The notes: a model not told the origin generated them from the letters alone. 64,000 nt of DNA from an uncultured virus (IMG/VR IMGVR_UViG_3300023175_001302) (IMGVR_UViG_3300023175_001302); one strand, 5' to 3'. Counted from the first letter of the stretch, positions 9,822-18,769 are shown. Numbers and translations are program-made.

Positions 9822-9849
9822 AATATAGCATGATTCGCTGATTTGTCAA
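9822..9849 (-). promoter_or_regulatory. sigma70-type promoter with internal GANTC
   Basis: TTGACA-aatcagCGAATCAtgc-TATATT. Confidence 0.75.
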
Positions 9850-9857
9850 GTTTTTAA

Positions 9858-10007
9858 TTAAAGCTGTTCACAAACAGCTTCACCTTCAGACAAGTCAACA
9901 ACGACAACTGTTTCTTGTACAGGATATTGTGTAATGAAGTCTGATGCTTCTTGAAAGTCTGTGAAGAAGTGTGTTTCTTTACGATCAAAATCTACAACTG
10001 CGAACAT
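9858..10007 (-). CDS. Small hypothetical protein (49 aa)
   Basis: Hand-translated MFAVVDFDRKETHFF...CEQL, with a GAGG SD and its own promoter. Confidence 0.65.
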   Translation of the reverse strand: MFAVVDFDRKETHFFTDFQEASDFITQYPVQETVVVVDLSEGEAVCEQL

Positions 10008-10035
10008 ATCTATTCCTCTCACTGATTACTATTAT

Positions 10036-10064
10036 AATATAATGTGATTCGCTAGATATGTCAA
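10036..10064 (-). promoter_or_regulatory. sigma70-type promoter with internal GANTC
   Basis: TTGACA-tatctagCGAATCAcat-TATATT. Confidence 0.75.
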
Positions 10065-10077
10065 GTATTATTTTGAA

Positions 10078-11010
10078 TTAAATCCACTTAGTGATTTTTC
10101 TACCGCCCGCTGGATAGATTGAGAAACGTGCGCCTTTAACACCAAAGTTGTCACGGTCGCCTTTATACATAGCCATTAGAACTGGCTCAAATTCATCTTC
10201 TAAACGCTCACCATTTGTATGTGCTGAGCCTGTAGCAACTAGTTTGTTGCCTTTGAACTGTGGTTCACCTTGAAGAATTAAGTCAACGTTCTGTTGTCCA
10301 CGTTCACCACCGAATCCATTGCCGTAGATAGAAATACCACGTAGTTTGCCGTTCTGAATCTTACGTGCATATGTTGTTGCTCTTGGAATTTCACCGTTGG
10401 TAATAGCAATAACATCTTTAGCAAACTGTAAAATTTCTTCTTTTGCTTCTGGCATGTTCTGATACACTGCTTTCATTTCACGGTCACTCATGCCGCCCCA
10501 TTGACCAAAGTCTTTAGCACGTGAGCCTTTCTTGTGTGAGATCCAAGCAACTTCGTTACCACTTGCATCAACAGCATGAAAGTCTGATTTAGGAGTACCC
10601 GGTGTAGAAACAAACTTAGCAACAGGAACAGTCTTATCGCCAATTACAAGATTGACTTCTGCTTTGCCCTGTTTCATTTGTTCTAGCATTTCGTTGATTT
10701 GTGTTAGTGCTGCGTCTTCATCACGTGTTGAGAAGCCTGCACCTTTACCGCCAAACTCACTAGTCTTTTCTAGACCAGTTAGTCTCACAGTTCTACCATC
10801 TTCTAATGGGAAACTATCAGGAATGTTACCTTTTTTCAGGTCTGCGATTAGTTCAGGATCACGCTTAATCTTAACAGTAGGCATTTCTTCGCCTCTCAAT
10901 ACGAAAGGTGAACCAGTTTCAATCTTCTTAATCAAAGCCTGTAGCCTTGCTGGATTTTTAAGTAAGTTTGGTCTCTGTAATGGACCTTCATTTAATTCTG
11001 AATAACGCAT
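10078..11010 (-). CDS. Late protein, possible PD-(D/E)XK-like nuclease fold
   Basis: Start reassigned to MRYSELNEG just after GATAAATA; TPKSDF...WISHK resembles a divergent PD-(D/E)XK core. Confidence 0.55.
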   Translation of the reverse strand: MRYSELNEGPLQRPNLLKNPARLQALIKKIETGSPFVLRGEEMPTVKIKRDPELIADLKKGNIPDSFPLEDGRTVRLTGLEKTSEFGGKGAGFSTRDEDAALTQINEMLEQMKQGKAEVNLVIGDKTVPVAKFVSTPGTPKSDFHAVDASGNEVAWISHKKGSRAKDFGQWGGMSDREMKAVYQNMPEAKEEILQFAKDVIAITNGEIPRATTYARKIQNGKLRGISIYGNGFGGERGQQNVDLILQGEPQFKGNKLVATGSAHTNGERLEDEFEPVLMAMYKGDRDNFGVKGARFSIYPAGGRKITKWI

Positions 11011-11140
11011 AAATGTATTTATCAAAAAAGAAACCCCCACTGGAAAGGTACAGTGAGGGCCTCTTGTTATAAAATGTGCTTTATTATATATGTTGATAAA
11101 ATGAAAAGCAGAGTTTATCAACTAGTATCTTTTATATATA

Positions 11141-11350
11141 GTGATAGGTGGGACTAAGGATTACCCACAATCGCCTTGACATATCCTGTCTACATATCCA
11201 GCGAAACCTAGCATCAAAGAGTTACCCTCGAACCCGCATCTTCCTGTCTCCAGGCTCATGCTGTGCCACTACAGCTACTAGTCAAGTTAATGCCTATGTG
11301 AAGCATCGTTTCCTTGCACTATCTAACTAAAGACCGTCGTCTTTGTTATG
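11141..11350 (-). ncRNA. Putative structured non-coding RNA of unassigned family
   Basis: GC-richer island with no credible ORF, a strong upstream promoter (TTGACG-17-TATATT, 11356-11384) and many self-complementary stems. Confidence 0.6.
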
Positions 11351-11387
11351 TTCTTAATATAGCAAATCAAAACTGATTCGTCAAGCC

Positions 11388-11726
11388 TTAATCGTAATTA
11401 TCTAATAAATTTTCTTTACTTTCATCATAACCTTTTGCTGGATTTAAATCATCAGCATTTGGTAGTGGATCTTTTTTCTCTACGATAACTTCCCATTCTT
11501 GTGACCATTTTTTATTGATATCAAAAAGTCTTTGTGTAAAGTCAGGGTGTGTATCTGGAATAATTGCTTCTGCTGGACATTCAGGTTCACATACGCCACA
11601 ATCAATACATTCATCTGGATTGATTACTAACATATCTTCTCCTTCATAAAAGCAGTCTACTGGACATACTTCTACACAATCTGTATATTTACATTTAATA
11701 CAATCTTGTGTCACAACATAAGTCAT
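11388..11726 (-). CDS. fdxA: FdxA-type ferredoxin
   Basis: [29 protein letters not shown]...[21 protein letters not shown]. Confidence 0.95.
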   Translation of the reverse strand: MTYVVTQDCIKCKYTDCVEVCPVDCFYEGEDMLVINPDECIDCGVCEPECPAEAIIPDTHPDFTQRLFDINKKWSQEWEVIVEKKDPLPNADDLNPAKGYDESKENLLDNYD

Positions 11727-11950
11727 TCTGTTTCCTCTTCTTTTTCTATTGTATATTTGTGTACTTCTGATTCTGGTATTTTATGCCAATGTTTTTCACC
11801 TTCTTTTGGTTGTGCTCCGATATACATTTCACCTGTTTCTCTATCGACTAACAACCATTTCATTGGCGCTTTAGTTTTTACAATTAGTTCAGCCGCGGTA
11901 TCTAGTTCATAAACATTAGTACCGTCTTTTAGTTTTCTAAATGTTGTCAT
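11723..11950 (-). CDS. Hypothetical protein
   Basis: Overlapping operon ORF. Confidence 0.6.
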   Translation of the reverse strand: MTTFRKLKDGTNVYELDTAAELIVKTKAPMKWLLVDRETGEMYIGAQPKEGEKHWHKIPESEVHKYTIEKEEETE

Positions 11951-12119
11951 TCTTCTCTCTTGTAAACTTTATATCACAATACCCACATTTTATAAAACCT
12001 TTTCTTGGTACATTATAATATACTAATGGGTGATCATTGTTCTCACCAGAACAACCTATTCTTTCTTTATCAGTATAAATGATAGTTTCCGGATATTCAG
12101 TCAAGCTCTCCATCCTCAC
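11937..12119 (-). CDS. zf-CHCC zinc-finger protein
   Basis: IGCSG...DHPLVY...IKCGYC gives the C-H-C-C pattern. Confidence 0.75.
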   Translation of the reverse strand: MRMESLTEYPETIIYTDKERIGCSGENNDHPLVYYNVPRKGFIKCGYCDIKFTREKNDNI

Positions 12120-12498
12120 GCATCTTTTTTCTTATTTTTGTCGCTGAAATATTATGTATGTCTTCACCTAAATCATGCTCTGTAAAAGTATATCCAACTG
12201 TCCGGCCATAACTAATATCAATAATATTTGGTACTTTGGCGACTTCAAAATCATGGTGTACTCTATAACCATGTTTGGCTAAACCTTCTACTATGTTTTT
12301 TCTTACGTCATAATAGTCCCATGGATTATCACTATTACCCATACCAGCATCACAGCCTTGAACATCCCTACACATAATTATCACTTGTCCAGTCTTTTCT
12401 ATTGCTTTTTTAAATAGTGCAGTATGACCATCATGCCATGGTTGCCACCTGCCTAGCATCTGTACTGTTGGTTTTTTCCAATCAAATGTAAAGTCCAT
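12097..12498 (-). CDS. Cytidyltransferase-like (HxGH) nucleotidyltransferase
   Basis: GRWQPWHDGH and C-terminal ISATKIRK. Confidence 0.8.
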   Translation of the reverse strand: MDFTFDWKKPTVQMLGRWQPWHDGHTALFKKAIEKTGQVIIMCRDVQGCDAGMGNSDNPWDYYDVRKNIVEGLAKHGYRVHHDFEVAKVPNIIDISYGRTVGYTFTEHDLGEDIHNISATKIRKKMREDGELD

Positions 12499-12925
12499 TT
12501 TTCTTCAATTCTATATGTCTGTGTACTGCGTATGATAATGTGTCTTGTGTATTATCAAACCATTCTGACACATGAAAATCCACCTTTTCTAAGTTTGGAT
12601 TTTCAAATATCTTATTTGTATCTTCAAAACGTCCTTCTTTAATAGTATCCATCCATACTGTAAAGTCTGCCTCAAATATATAACGTGTTAGTTCGGTGGG
12701 GCAAACAAAGTCACAAATAACTGTACGCCCACACCCTTTTTCAAAATCAGCAAGTGATCTCATTCGGCGAGCCTGACGAATTCTTGCGTCTTCGTCAAAC
12801 TGCCAATCATTTGCCCATTTTCGAACTTCATCGGCATTATACCAAGCACAGTCAAGATTCTTTTGTAATCTTTCTGCTAACCATGTTTTGCCACTGCCGG
12901 GAAGTCCGAATATCAGTATTTTCAT
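12482..12925 (-). CDS. Adenylylsulfate kinase-like P-loop kinase
   Basis: GLPGSGKT, NADEVR, R..QARRM, CDFVCP and FENP. Confidence 0.75.
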   Translation of the reverse strand: MKILIFGLPGSGKTWLAERLQKNLDCAWYNADEVRKWANDWQFDEDARIRQARRMRSLADFEKGCGRTVICDFVCPTELTRYIFEADFTVWMDTIKEGRFEDTNKIFENPNLEKVDFHVSEWFDNTQDTLSYAVHRHIELKKNGLYI

Positions 12926-13218
12926 TTTGCTTTATTTACGAAATTATAAAATTTTTCTGCTGCTTCTAATACAGCATCAGCGCCAGGTACTTCTGGCATT
13001 CTAACTTCAGTTACAACTTCGTCGCCATCTTTTGTGACGTTAGTTTCGAACTGGCCCCATTTAGCATGAAAATCTTGCCATACTTGACTTTGTGCCATTT
13101 CTAAAACTTTTGTACGAATTTCATAACCGTTTTTATTTGCTTTAACATGTGGAACGCTTGCTTTCATAAACTCAGACATTTGTTCCATCATTTTTGTAGG
13201 ATTACTCCAATCTTGCAT
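12922..13218 (-). CDS. Hypothetical protein
   Basis: ORF with AAGGAG SD and its own promoter region. Confidence 0.7.
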   Translation of the reverse strand: MQDWSNPTKMMEQMSEFMKASVPHVKANKNGYEIRTKVLEMAQSQVWQDFHAKWGQFETNVTKDGDEVVTEVRMPEVPGADAVLEAAEKFYNFVNKAK

Positions 13219-13350
13219 TTTTAATCTCCTTGTGTATGTGTGTAATACTTATTTATATCATAAGTTAATACCGGTTGTCAAGTGAAAAAATATGGCGAGC
13301 AAAATCATGCCGCCATATTAGTCTTCTTAAAAATAATCCAATGGTATGGA

Positions 13351-13581
13351 TTAGCGTCTATCCCAAATTTGGTATAGAACCCAGATAGCTAACAAGCCCA
13401 TCAAACCTTCAGCGCCTAGTGTGCCTAGCATTGCTGAAACATTTGCGATGATACTTGTCTCTGGGAAGAATGGGATATTACCTAGTCCCAGTACTTCTAC
13501 GACAATCATCAATGCCGCAATTGAAATACCTACGTCAGCTAGACCTTTTGCCCACTCACGTACTTTCGCCATAATTTCCAT
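13351..13581 (-). CDS. Small two-TM membrane protein
   Basis: Two hydrophobic stretches; AAGGAG SD. Confidence 0.7.
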   Translation of the reverse strand: MEIMAKVREWAKGLADVGISIAALMIVVEVLGLGNIPFFPETSIIANVSAMLGTLGAEGLMGLLAIWVLYQIWDRR

Positions 13582-13708
13582 TGTTTTACTCCTTTTGTTG
13601 GCTACATTATGTAAATTTATTCATACACAATGGTTGTATGTATTTGTATACAACACTTCATATTATCATATACTGATTCGTATGTCAAGCAAAACTTTGT
13701 CAATAGAC

Positions 13709-13738
13709 AAAAAAAGAGGGAGCGATAATTCGCTCCCT
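13709..13738 (-). terminator. Rho-independent terminator
   Basis: AGGGAGCGA-ATTA-TCGCTCCCT followed by a T run. Confidence 0.75.
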
Positions 13739-13765
13739 AAGTTAAATTTATTTTTTATTATTATA

Positions 13766-14128
13766 TTAGAATGAGAATGTTACGCCAACAACAATGTCGC
13801 CACGCTTTTCTGTTTCTAAGTTATATGATGTGCCTAGTGTTAGCTCTGTACGGTCATCAAGGTCATAGTCAACTGAAAAATCGATTGTTGGTAGTACATC
13901 TAGTGTATCACCGATAACAACTTCATCTTTGTAGATAGCTAGGTCTGTTGATGCTGTTAGATCAAAACCTGAGATACCGTATACCATTTCTGGTGTTAAT
14001 GTAATTGTTTCAACTTCAGTTGTTAGATTTGCTTCGGCGTTAATTTCGCCACCGAATGATAGTCCATCTTCTGCCATTGCAGATGTAGCCAAAAAAGATA
14101 CAGCTACAGTAGTTAGTAGTTTTTTCAT
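13766..14128 (-). CDS. Small outer-membrane beta-barrel-like protein
   Basis: Signal peptide ending AMA, alternating amphipathic strands and C-terminal VGVTFSF with terminal Phe. Confidence 0.65.
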   Translation of the reverse strand: MKKLLTTVAVSFLATSAMAEDGLSFGGEINAEANLTTEVETITLTPEMVYGISGFDLTASTDLAIYKDEVVIGDTLDVLPTIDFSVDYDLDDRTELTLGTSYNLETEKRGDIVVGVTFSF

Positions 14129-14268
14129 TTATATTTTTCCTTTTTTACATGAAAAAGCAGTCAACTGTTCGTTGACCGCCCAAAGTACTTATCATAATAT
14201 AATATAAAATACGTATATATTCAAGTACTAATTATTATTTTGTCACAAATGTTGTATATATACAACAC

Positions 14269-14487
14269 CTATCCTCCGACATAAACTCCCTTGTTAGGTC
14301 GATACCAATTCTTTTGATTGTGTATACGACCTAGTAAATCCCTAATTTCTGCCGCTTCAGTCATTAGTATTTCAGGATCTTCGCCATCAAGTATACGTTG
14401 ACTTCTTCGGTTAACTTTATTATTCAACGCTTCCTCAATAATTTTAATATCTTTTACACTTAGTTCAAACTTTAGATTCGGTTTCAT
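14269..14487 (-). CDS. Hypothetical protein
   Basis: ORF overlapping the upstream gene. Confidence 0.6.
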   Translation of the reverse strand: MKPNLKFELSVKDIKIIEEALNNKVNRRSQRILDGEDPEILMTEAAEIRDLLGRIHNQKNWYRPNKGVYVGG

Positions 14488-14749
14488 CTACATTCTCTCT
14501 CACTTCATTTTCAGGTAAACATGCTATAGATAATATAGTGTCATTGAATCCAGCTATATCAATAACTTCTATAGCAAGTCTACTAGCATTACTTGGATCA
14601 TTTACATAATCTACACATTCATTTCGTGTTTCAAATTCTAAATACGGAATATCAAATGGTCCTGCGATTGACATATAAAAAACTATTAGCCACTTCATTT
14701 TCTTTGTTCCATAGTAGTAAATATTTAGTGTGATTTTGTATAAAATCAA
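14465..14749 (-). CDS. Hypothetical protein
   Basis: ORF; start probably at the internal MKWLIVF. Confidence 0.5.
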   Translation of the reverse strand: MILYKITLNIYYYGTKKMKWLIVFYMSIAGPFDIPYLEFETRNECVDYVNDPSNASRLAIEVIDIAGFNDTILSIACLPENEVRENVDETESKV

Positions 14750-14774
14750 TGGTAGTGTACTGCGTTATAATGTA

Positions 14775-15035
14775 GCAGGCCCGTTCTGTTGCTAGGTGGA
14801 ACCCATACCCCGCATACCTAAATCAGGCTGCGATTGCCATTGCTGGCGCTGCGTTTGTGTTTGCAGTTATAAAGTTTAACCTATTACGCTGTTACCCGGT
14901 TAACTCCACTTCACTTTCACACCTGTCGATCCTATTTCTGCCCCATAAAAAACACACTTGTCTAAATGTGCTTATGGTGGAGCAGTGCGGTACCGCCCCG
15001 CAGTCCAGTATGTGTCCACGTTGCTTCAACGCTAA
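14775..15035 (-). ncRNA. ssrA: Permuted two-piece tmRNA; tag ANTNAAPAMAIAA
   Basis: Acceptor piece ...GACTGCGGGGCGGTACCGCACTGCTCCACCA ends at 14975; a short intervening segment follows; the coding piece starts GGGGCAGAAATAGGATCGAC at 14944; the tag frame runs 14864-14823 after TAACT. Outer ends are approximate. Confidence 0.93.
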
Positions 15036-15057
15036 CAGTTTATTTATAACATAATAA

Positions 15058-15537
15058 TTAGTTGTTGTCAAGTACTGAATCTTTGTACATGATACACGGT
15101 TCAATTTCTTTTTTATAATAAACTATTATTGTACCGTTCTCATGTTTTACCATGTTTGCTATACCACGCTCACGGGCTTTACCAAAACATTTATTTAAAC
15201 TTTGTCCTGGAAATCTATATCTTGGATTTTCTTTTAAAAACTCTCTCAAATCATCAATCTTTTTTTGATTAATTTCTATTCTATAACGAGATACGCAAGC
15301 AGAAAATGCGTTCCAATCATTAACATATTTGTTTTCAGGTTCACCGATTTCAACTCTGCAATCTTGGTAAACACTTTGAGGAATGGCGTTACTTACGCCA
15401 TTCACATTTAGTATAATTTGTGGTTCTTTAACTCTATCACCGAAGATAGAGAAACCTATTAGTAATATTATAAGTAGAATAGCACGTTTCATACTATTAT
15501 TTATTTTTAGATTGCTTCTCCGCAATGGGGACAACAT
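15058..15537 (-). CDS. Hypothetical membrane-anchored protein
   Basis: Likely start at MKRAILLIILLIGF. Confidence 0.55.
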   Translation of the reverse strand: MLSPLRRSNLKINNSMKRAILLIILLIGFSIFGDRVKEPQIILNVNGVSNAIPQSVYQDCRVEIGEPENKYVNDWNAFSACVSRYRIEINQKKIDDLREFLKENPRYRFPGQSLNKCFGKARERGIANMVKHENGTIIVYYKKEIEPCIMYKDSVLDNN

Positions 15538-15734
15538 TGTGTTCCCATTTCTTCTCTATATTCTTTAAGAAGTTTACGCAATCTTTTAGCTTCTCTACTA
15601 GTGTCTTTTAAAAAGTCTTTATTGCGTTCAGCTTTAGGCTTTTCGTATTCTTTTTCAATCTTCTTCAAAAGTTTCTTAAACTTTTCTTCAAATACTGGTA
15701 TAAAACCTGTGTTCATTGCCATTTGATTCTCCAT
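15507..15734 (-). CDS. Hypothetical protein with C-terminal CxxC
   Basis: Charged helix followed by CPHCG. Confidence 0.6.
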   Translation of the reverse strand: MENQMAMNTGFIPVFEEKFKKLLKKIEKEYEKPKAERNKDFLKDTSREAKRLRKLLKEYREEMGTQCCPHCGEAI

Positions 15735-15847
15735 GAAAAATACCCCTATACTGTAGCATAGGAGTATTTAAATGTCAATAAAATATTATCATTGTAATGT
15801 AACAGCTATGTAAAAATTACATGAATTTATTGTGACATTTTAACGTA

Positions 15848-16065
15848 TTACCACTTGGTATCTAGTGTTCTTTTATAAGTTTTTTCACTGCGAATCGCAT
15901 CTATAATTTTTGTTATCTTTGGTATGTGTGGAGATTTAGGAACATACTTATTTTTACATTTAAATTGTTCAACATATTCTCTTTGTTTTGCAGCTTCTTT
16001 ACCCAATAAAGTTTCTACATAAGTCCAGTCCTCTTCTGTGAGAGTTTCAATCTTCTTGCTTGCCA
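15848..16065 (-). CDS. Hypothetical protein
   Basis: Likely start at MASKKIETL, overlapping the upstream ORF. Confidence 0.5.
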
Positions 16066-16262
16066 TTTTTTTCAGCCCATGCCTTTTCAAATTGTTCTTC
16101 ATAAAGATATAATGGTGCGCCTGCGCAGCCATCATACCAAAGTCTTTTAAAATAGCCATCAGCACTTGCCAACGCTGTTTTTTCTGTGCAATCCAAATGT
16201 CCCTTTACCATAAAGAAATATCTGTATGCTTCTTTAATTTCATCAGGTGTTGCTTTTTTCAT
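16047..16262 (-). CDS. Hypothetical protein
   Basis: ORF track. Confidence 0.55.
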   Translation of the reverse strand: MKKATPDEIKEAYRYFFMVKGHLDCTEKTALASADGYFKRLWYDGCAGAPLYLYEEQFEKAWAEKNGKQED

Positions 16263-16295
16263 AACTATATTTACAGAATTAATAAGTTGTGAACG

Positions 16296-16493
16296 CTAAC
16301 TTTTCTTTTTTCTGGTTGATTTTTTTACAGAATTTTCATGCCAATTTGATCTTTCTATGAGAGGATCAACGGCTACTTTAGTTTGACTATCGTTCCATTT
16401 AAATTGCTTTTTTACATCAGCATACAGTTTTTCTCTATCTGTATGCGCATCAAGTAAATTTAAAATAATCTTGTCAATCTGTATCCAGTTCAT
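16296..16493 (-). CDS. Hypothetical protein
   Basis: Start reassigned to MNWIQIDK, which overlaps the upstream stop (ATGA). Confidence 0.55.
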   Translation of the reverse strand: MNWIQIDKIILNLLDAHTDREKLYADVKKQFKWNDSQTKVAVDPLIERSNWHENSVKKSTRKKKS

Positions 16494-16642
16494 TCTGCCT
16501 TCCAGATAGTCCAAGCACCATACGCAATCATACCATATGCGATAAGATTTACTGGTGCTACAATCATTGCGATACCTGACGCTACTAGAACGATACCGTC
16601 CCAAGTTGTTCTTTCTGTCATTCTTTTAGTAAACCAATTCAT
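16490..16642 (-). CDS. Small membrane protein (50 aa)
   Basis: Hand-translated MNWFTKRMTERTTWDGIVLVASGIAMIVAPVNLIAYGMIAYGAWTIWKAE with a GGAG SD. Confidence 0.65.
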   Translation of the reverse strand: MNWFTKRMTERTTWDGIVLVASGIAMIVAPVNLIAYGMIAYGAWTIWKAE

Positions 16643-17562
16643 TTCTTTTCTCCTTCAAATTTACTATAAAATAATACTTCGTCTGGACATTCGTTATGTT
16701 CTACTTGTATTGTAGTATGACCAATGCCATAATTTTCTATTAATAACTTTTTAGTATTGTAGATTGTTTTATCACAATCTCCTTCATCAAGTATCTGAAT
16801 ATGCATTGTAGCAGCTACCTGACCACTAGCGAGTTCCCAGATATGAATATGATGTACGTTATTTACATCATCGATGTTTTTCATTATATCATTAGTTATT
16901 TCAACTATATCTATGTTATCAGGTTTACCTGTCATTAATATTCTAACACAGTCTTTTAATAATTCCCAACCACTTTTTAATATTAATGCTGCTAGTAGCA
17001 CACTTATAATAGCATCAATATAATACCAATCTGTAAAATATATTACTACGCTGCCAATAATAGCTCCTATACTTCCTAATATATCAAGTAATATATGAAG
17101 TATAACTCCACGCATGTTTATATTTTCACCATCATGGTGATGATGTACAACTTTAAACAGCACTAGATTCACAATCAATCCAATAATAGCAATAGGAAGC
17201 ATTGTTATAGGGTCAACAACTTCTACATTGATTAACCTTTGAATGGATTCATATATGATATAATAAAATAATCCAAACCACATAAGAGCATTTAAAAATG
17301 CTGCTAATACTTCCGCTCTCATATAACCATATGAGTATGTATCGGTAGGTAATTTCCTACCTATCCAAAAACCAAATACTGCTATCAACATAGCAATAGC
17401 ATCTGTTAATAGATGGAATGCATCACTTAATAGGGCAAGCGAATTACTGATGTATGCTCCTGCTAATTCCACAACAACAAATGTCAAAAGAATTGCAATA
17501 GCAACCTTCATGGCAAATTCTTCTTTGCCTTTTTTTCTACTGTGATAATATTGATGTCTCAT
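16639..17562 (-). CDS. Cation diffusion facilitator (CzcD/ZitB-like Zn/Co/Cd efflux)
   Basis: SLALLSDAFHLLTD, YSYGYMRAEVLAA, His-rich loop, NMRGVILHILLDILGS, HHIHIW and HTTIQVE. Confidence 0.92.
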   Translation of the reverse strand: MRHQYYHSRKKGKEEFAMKVAIAILLTFVVVELAGAYISNSLALLSDAFHLLTDAIAMLIAVFGFWIGRKLPTDTYSYGYMRAEVLAAFLNALMWFGLFYYIIYESIQRLINVEVVDPITMLPIAIIGLIVNLVLFKVVHHHHDGENINMRGVILHILLDILGSIGAIIGSVVIYFTDWYYIDAIISVLLAALILKSGWELLKDCVRILMTGKPDNIDIVEITNDIMKNIDDVNNVHHIHIWELASGQVAATMHIQILDEGDCDKTIYNTKKLLIENYGIGHTTIQVEHNECPDEVLFYSKFEGEKK

Positions 17563-18473
17563 TGATTATATTTTTTTGTATATAAACTTCTTATACCTTC
17601 TTCTATATTTATAGTAGGTTTCCAATTAAGAAGTTTTTTAATTTTATCTATGTCTGCTAATGTTTCGGGTGCGTAACCTTTTGGTTTGTCTTCATAAACG
17701 ATTTCAAGTTCTGGGAAAAACTCTTTTAAAATATCTATAACTTCATTTACTGAAATATTAGACCCTGTGCCAACGTTGAAAACTTCACTCTTTACTTTAC
17801 TTTCCATGCTTGCTATACACGCTGCTGCTACATCACTTACATGAATATAATCACGCTTAAATGTACCGTCTCCATGAACTGTAAGTGGTTTACCCTCTGA
17901 TGCTAAACGATAAAATTTAGAAATCATAAGTCCCTTGTTATCATCGTCTGGTTGTTCGTCCCCATATACTGTAAAGAAACGTAATATATTATAATTTAAA
18001 TTAAACATATTTTTATATTGTTTACACAAATGTTCACCAAACAATTTAGTCATGGCATAATAATTTAGTGGGTCTGGTTTATGAAAAGGTTTATGCGGCG
18101 TTGGATTGTTACCATATATACTTGAACTACTACCGTATATAAACTTTCTTACTCCTACAGCACTTGCTGCTGTAAGAATATTCTTTGTTCCTGTTACATT
18201 GTCATCAAAATAGTCATCGGGATTAATAAAACTCTCTGGTATACGAGGCTTTGCTGCTAGATGAATTACATAGTCTTGTCCAGCACATGCTACCACACAT
18301 TTAGCTGCGTTCTGTATATCACCTTGTATATACTTCACATTAGTAAAATCATCTGGTTTTTGTACTCTATCTAAAACAGTAACACTATATCCTTTTAAAG
18401 ATAGTTGTTTTACTACTTCACGTCCAACAAAACCAGAACCACCAGTTACAAGAACTTTACCTTTTAAAAGCAT
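17559..18473 (-). CDS. NAD-dependent nucleotide-sugar epimerase/dehydratase
   Basis: VTGGSGFVG, HLAA, YAMTK (YxxxK), RFFTVYG and RDYIHV. Confidence 0.92.
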   Translation of the reverse strand: MLLKGKVLVTGGSGFVGREVVKQLSLKGYSVTVLDRVQKPDDFTNVKYIQGDIQNAAKCVVACAGQDYVIHLAAKPRIPESFINPDDYFDDNVTGTKNILTAASAVGVRKFIYGSSSSIYGNNPTPHKPFHKPDPLNYYAMTKLFGEHLCKQYKNMFNLNYNILRFFTVYGDEQPDDDNKGLMISKFYRLASEGKPLTVHGDGTFKRDYIHVSDVAAACIASMESKVKSEVFNVGTGSNISVNEVIDILKEFFPELEIVYEDKPKGYAPETLADIDKIKKLLNWKPTINIEEGIRSLYTKKYNQ

Positions 18474-18484
18474 TTTGGTCTTTC

Positions 18485-18769
18485 TTAAATTAGTTTTGGA
18501 ATATCAGGATCTGTAAAATCATCTGGCATTCCAATATCATCGTCTTCAAATAAAAATCTTTCACGTACTTCTGCTAGATATTCCCTAGCAGACTTGTCCA
18601 TCATATTTAGTCTATTTTCATTTATGATCATTGTTTGAAAATTTAACCATTCACTCCACGCCTGCGCTGAAATGTTTTCTAAAATTCTCACACCTTCTGT
18701 ACCTGGAAATGGTTGTTTATCTAAAGCTGGCATATTTGATTTATATCGTTGACAAAAAACTTCTGACAT
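18485..18769 (-). CDS. yggX: Fe(II)-trafficking / oxidative damage protection protein YggX
   Basis: VFC...PFPG..G.RI.ENISAQAWSEWL..QTMIINENRLNMMD..AREYL. Confidence 0.88.
   Translation of the reverse strand: MSEVFCQRYKSNMPALDKQPFPGTEGVRILENISAQAWSEWLNFQTMIINENRLNMMDKSAREYLAEVRERFLFEDDDIGMPDDFTDPDIPKLI

Noticed and set aside
11148..11330. 60-aa plus-strand ORF in the putative ncRNA region
   Set aside because: GTG start, no recognisable product, and opposite to the direction of the strong local promoter.
11141..11350. RNase P RNA or group II intron identity for the structured RNA
   Set aside because: AGTGCAAGGAAA only loosely resembles RNase P; the GAGGAAAGUCC and ACAGAA..CGGCUUA P4 strands and a group II domain V are absent.
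14857..15104. ORFs 14857..15054 (+) and 14892..15104 (-)
   Set aside because: They overlap the tmRNA gene and lack SD or protein-like features.
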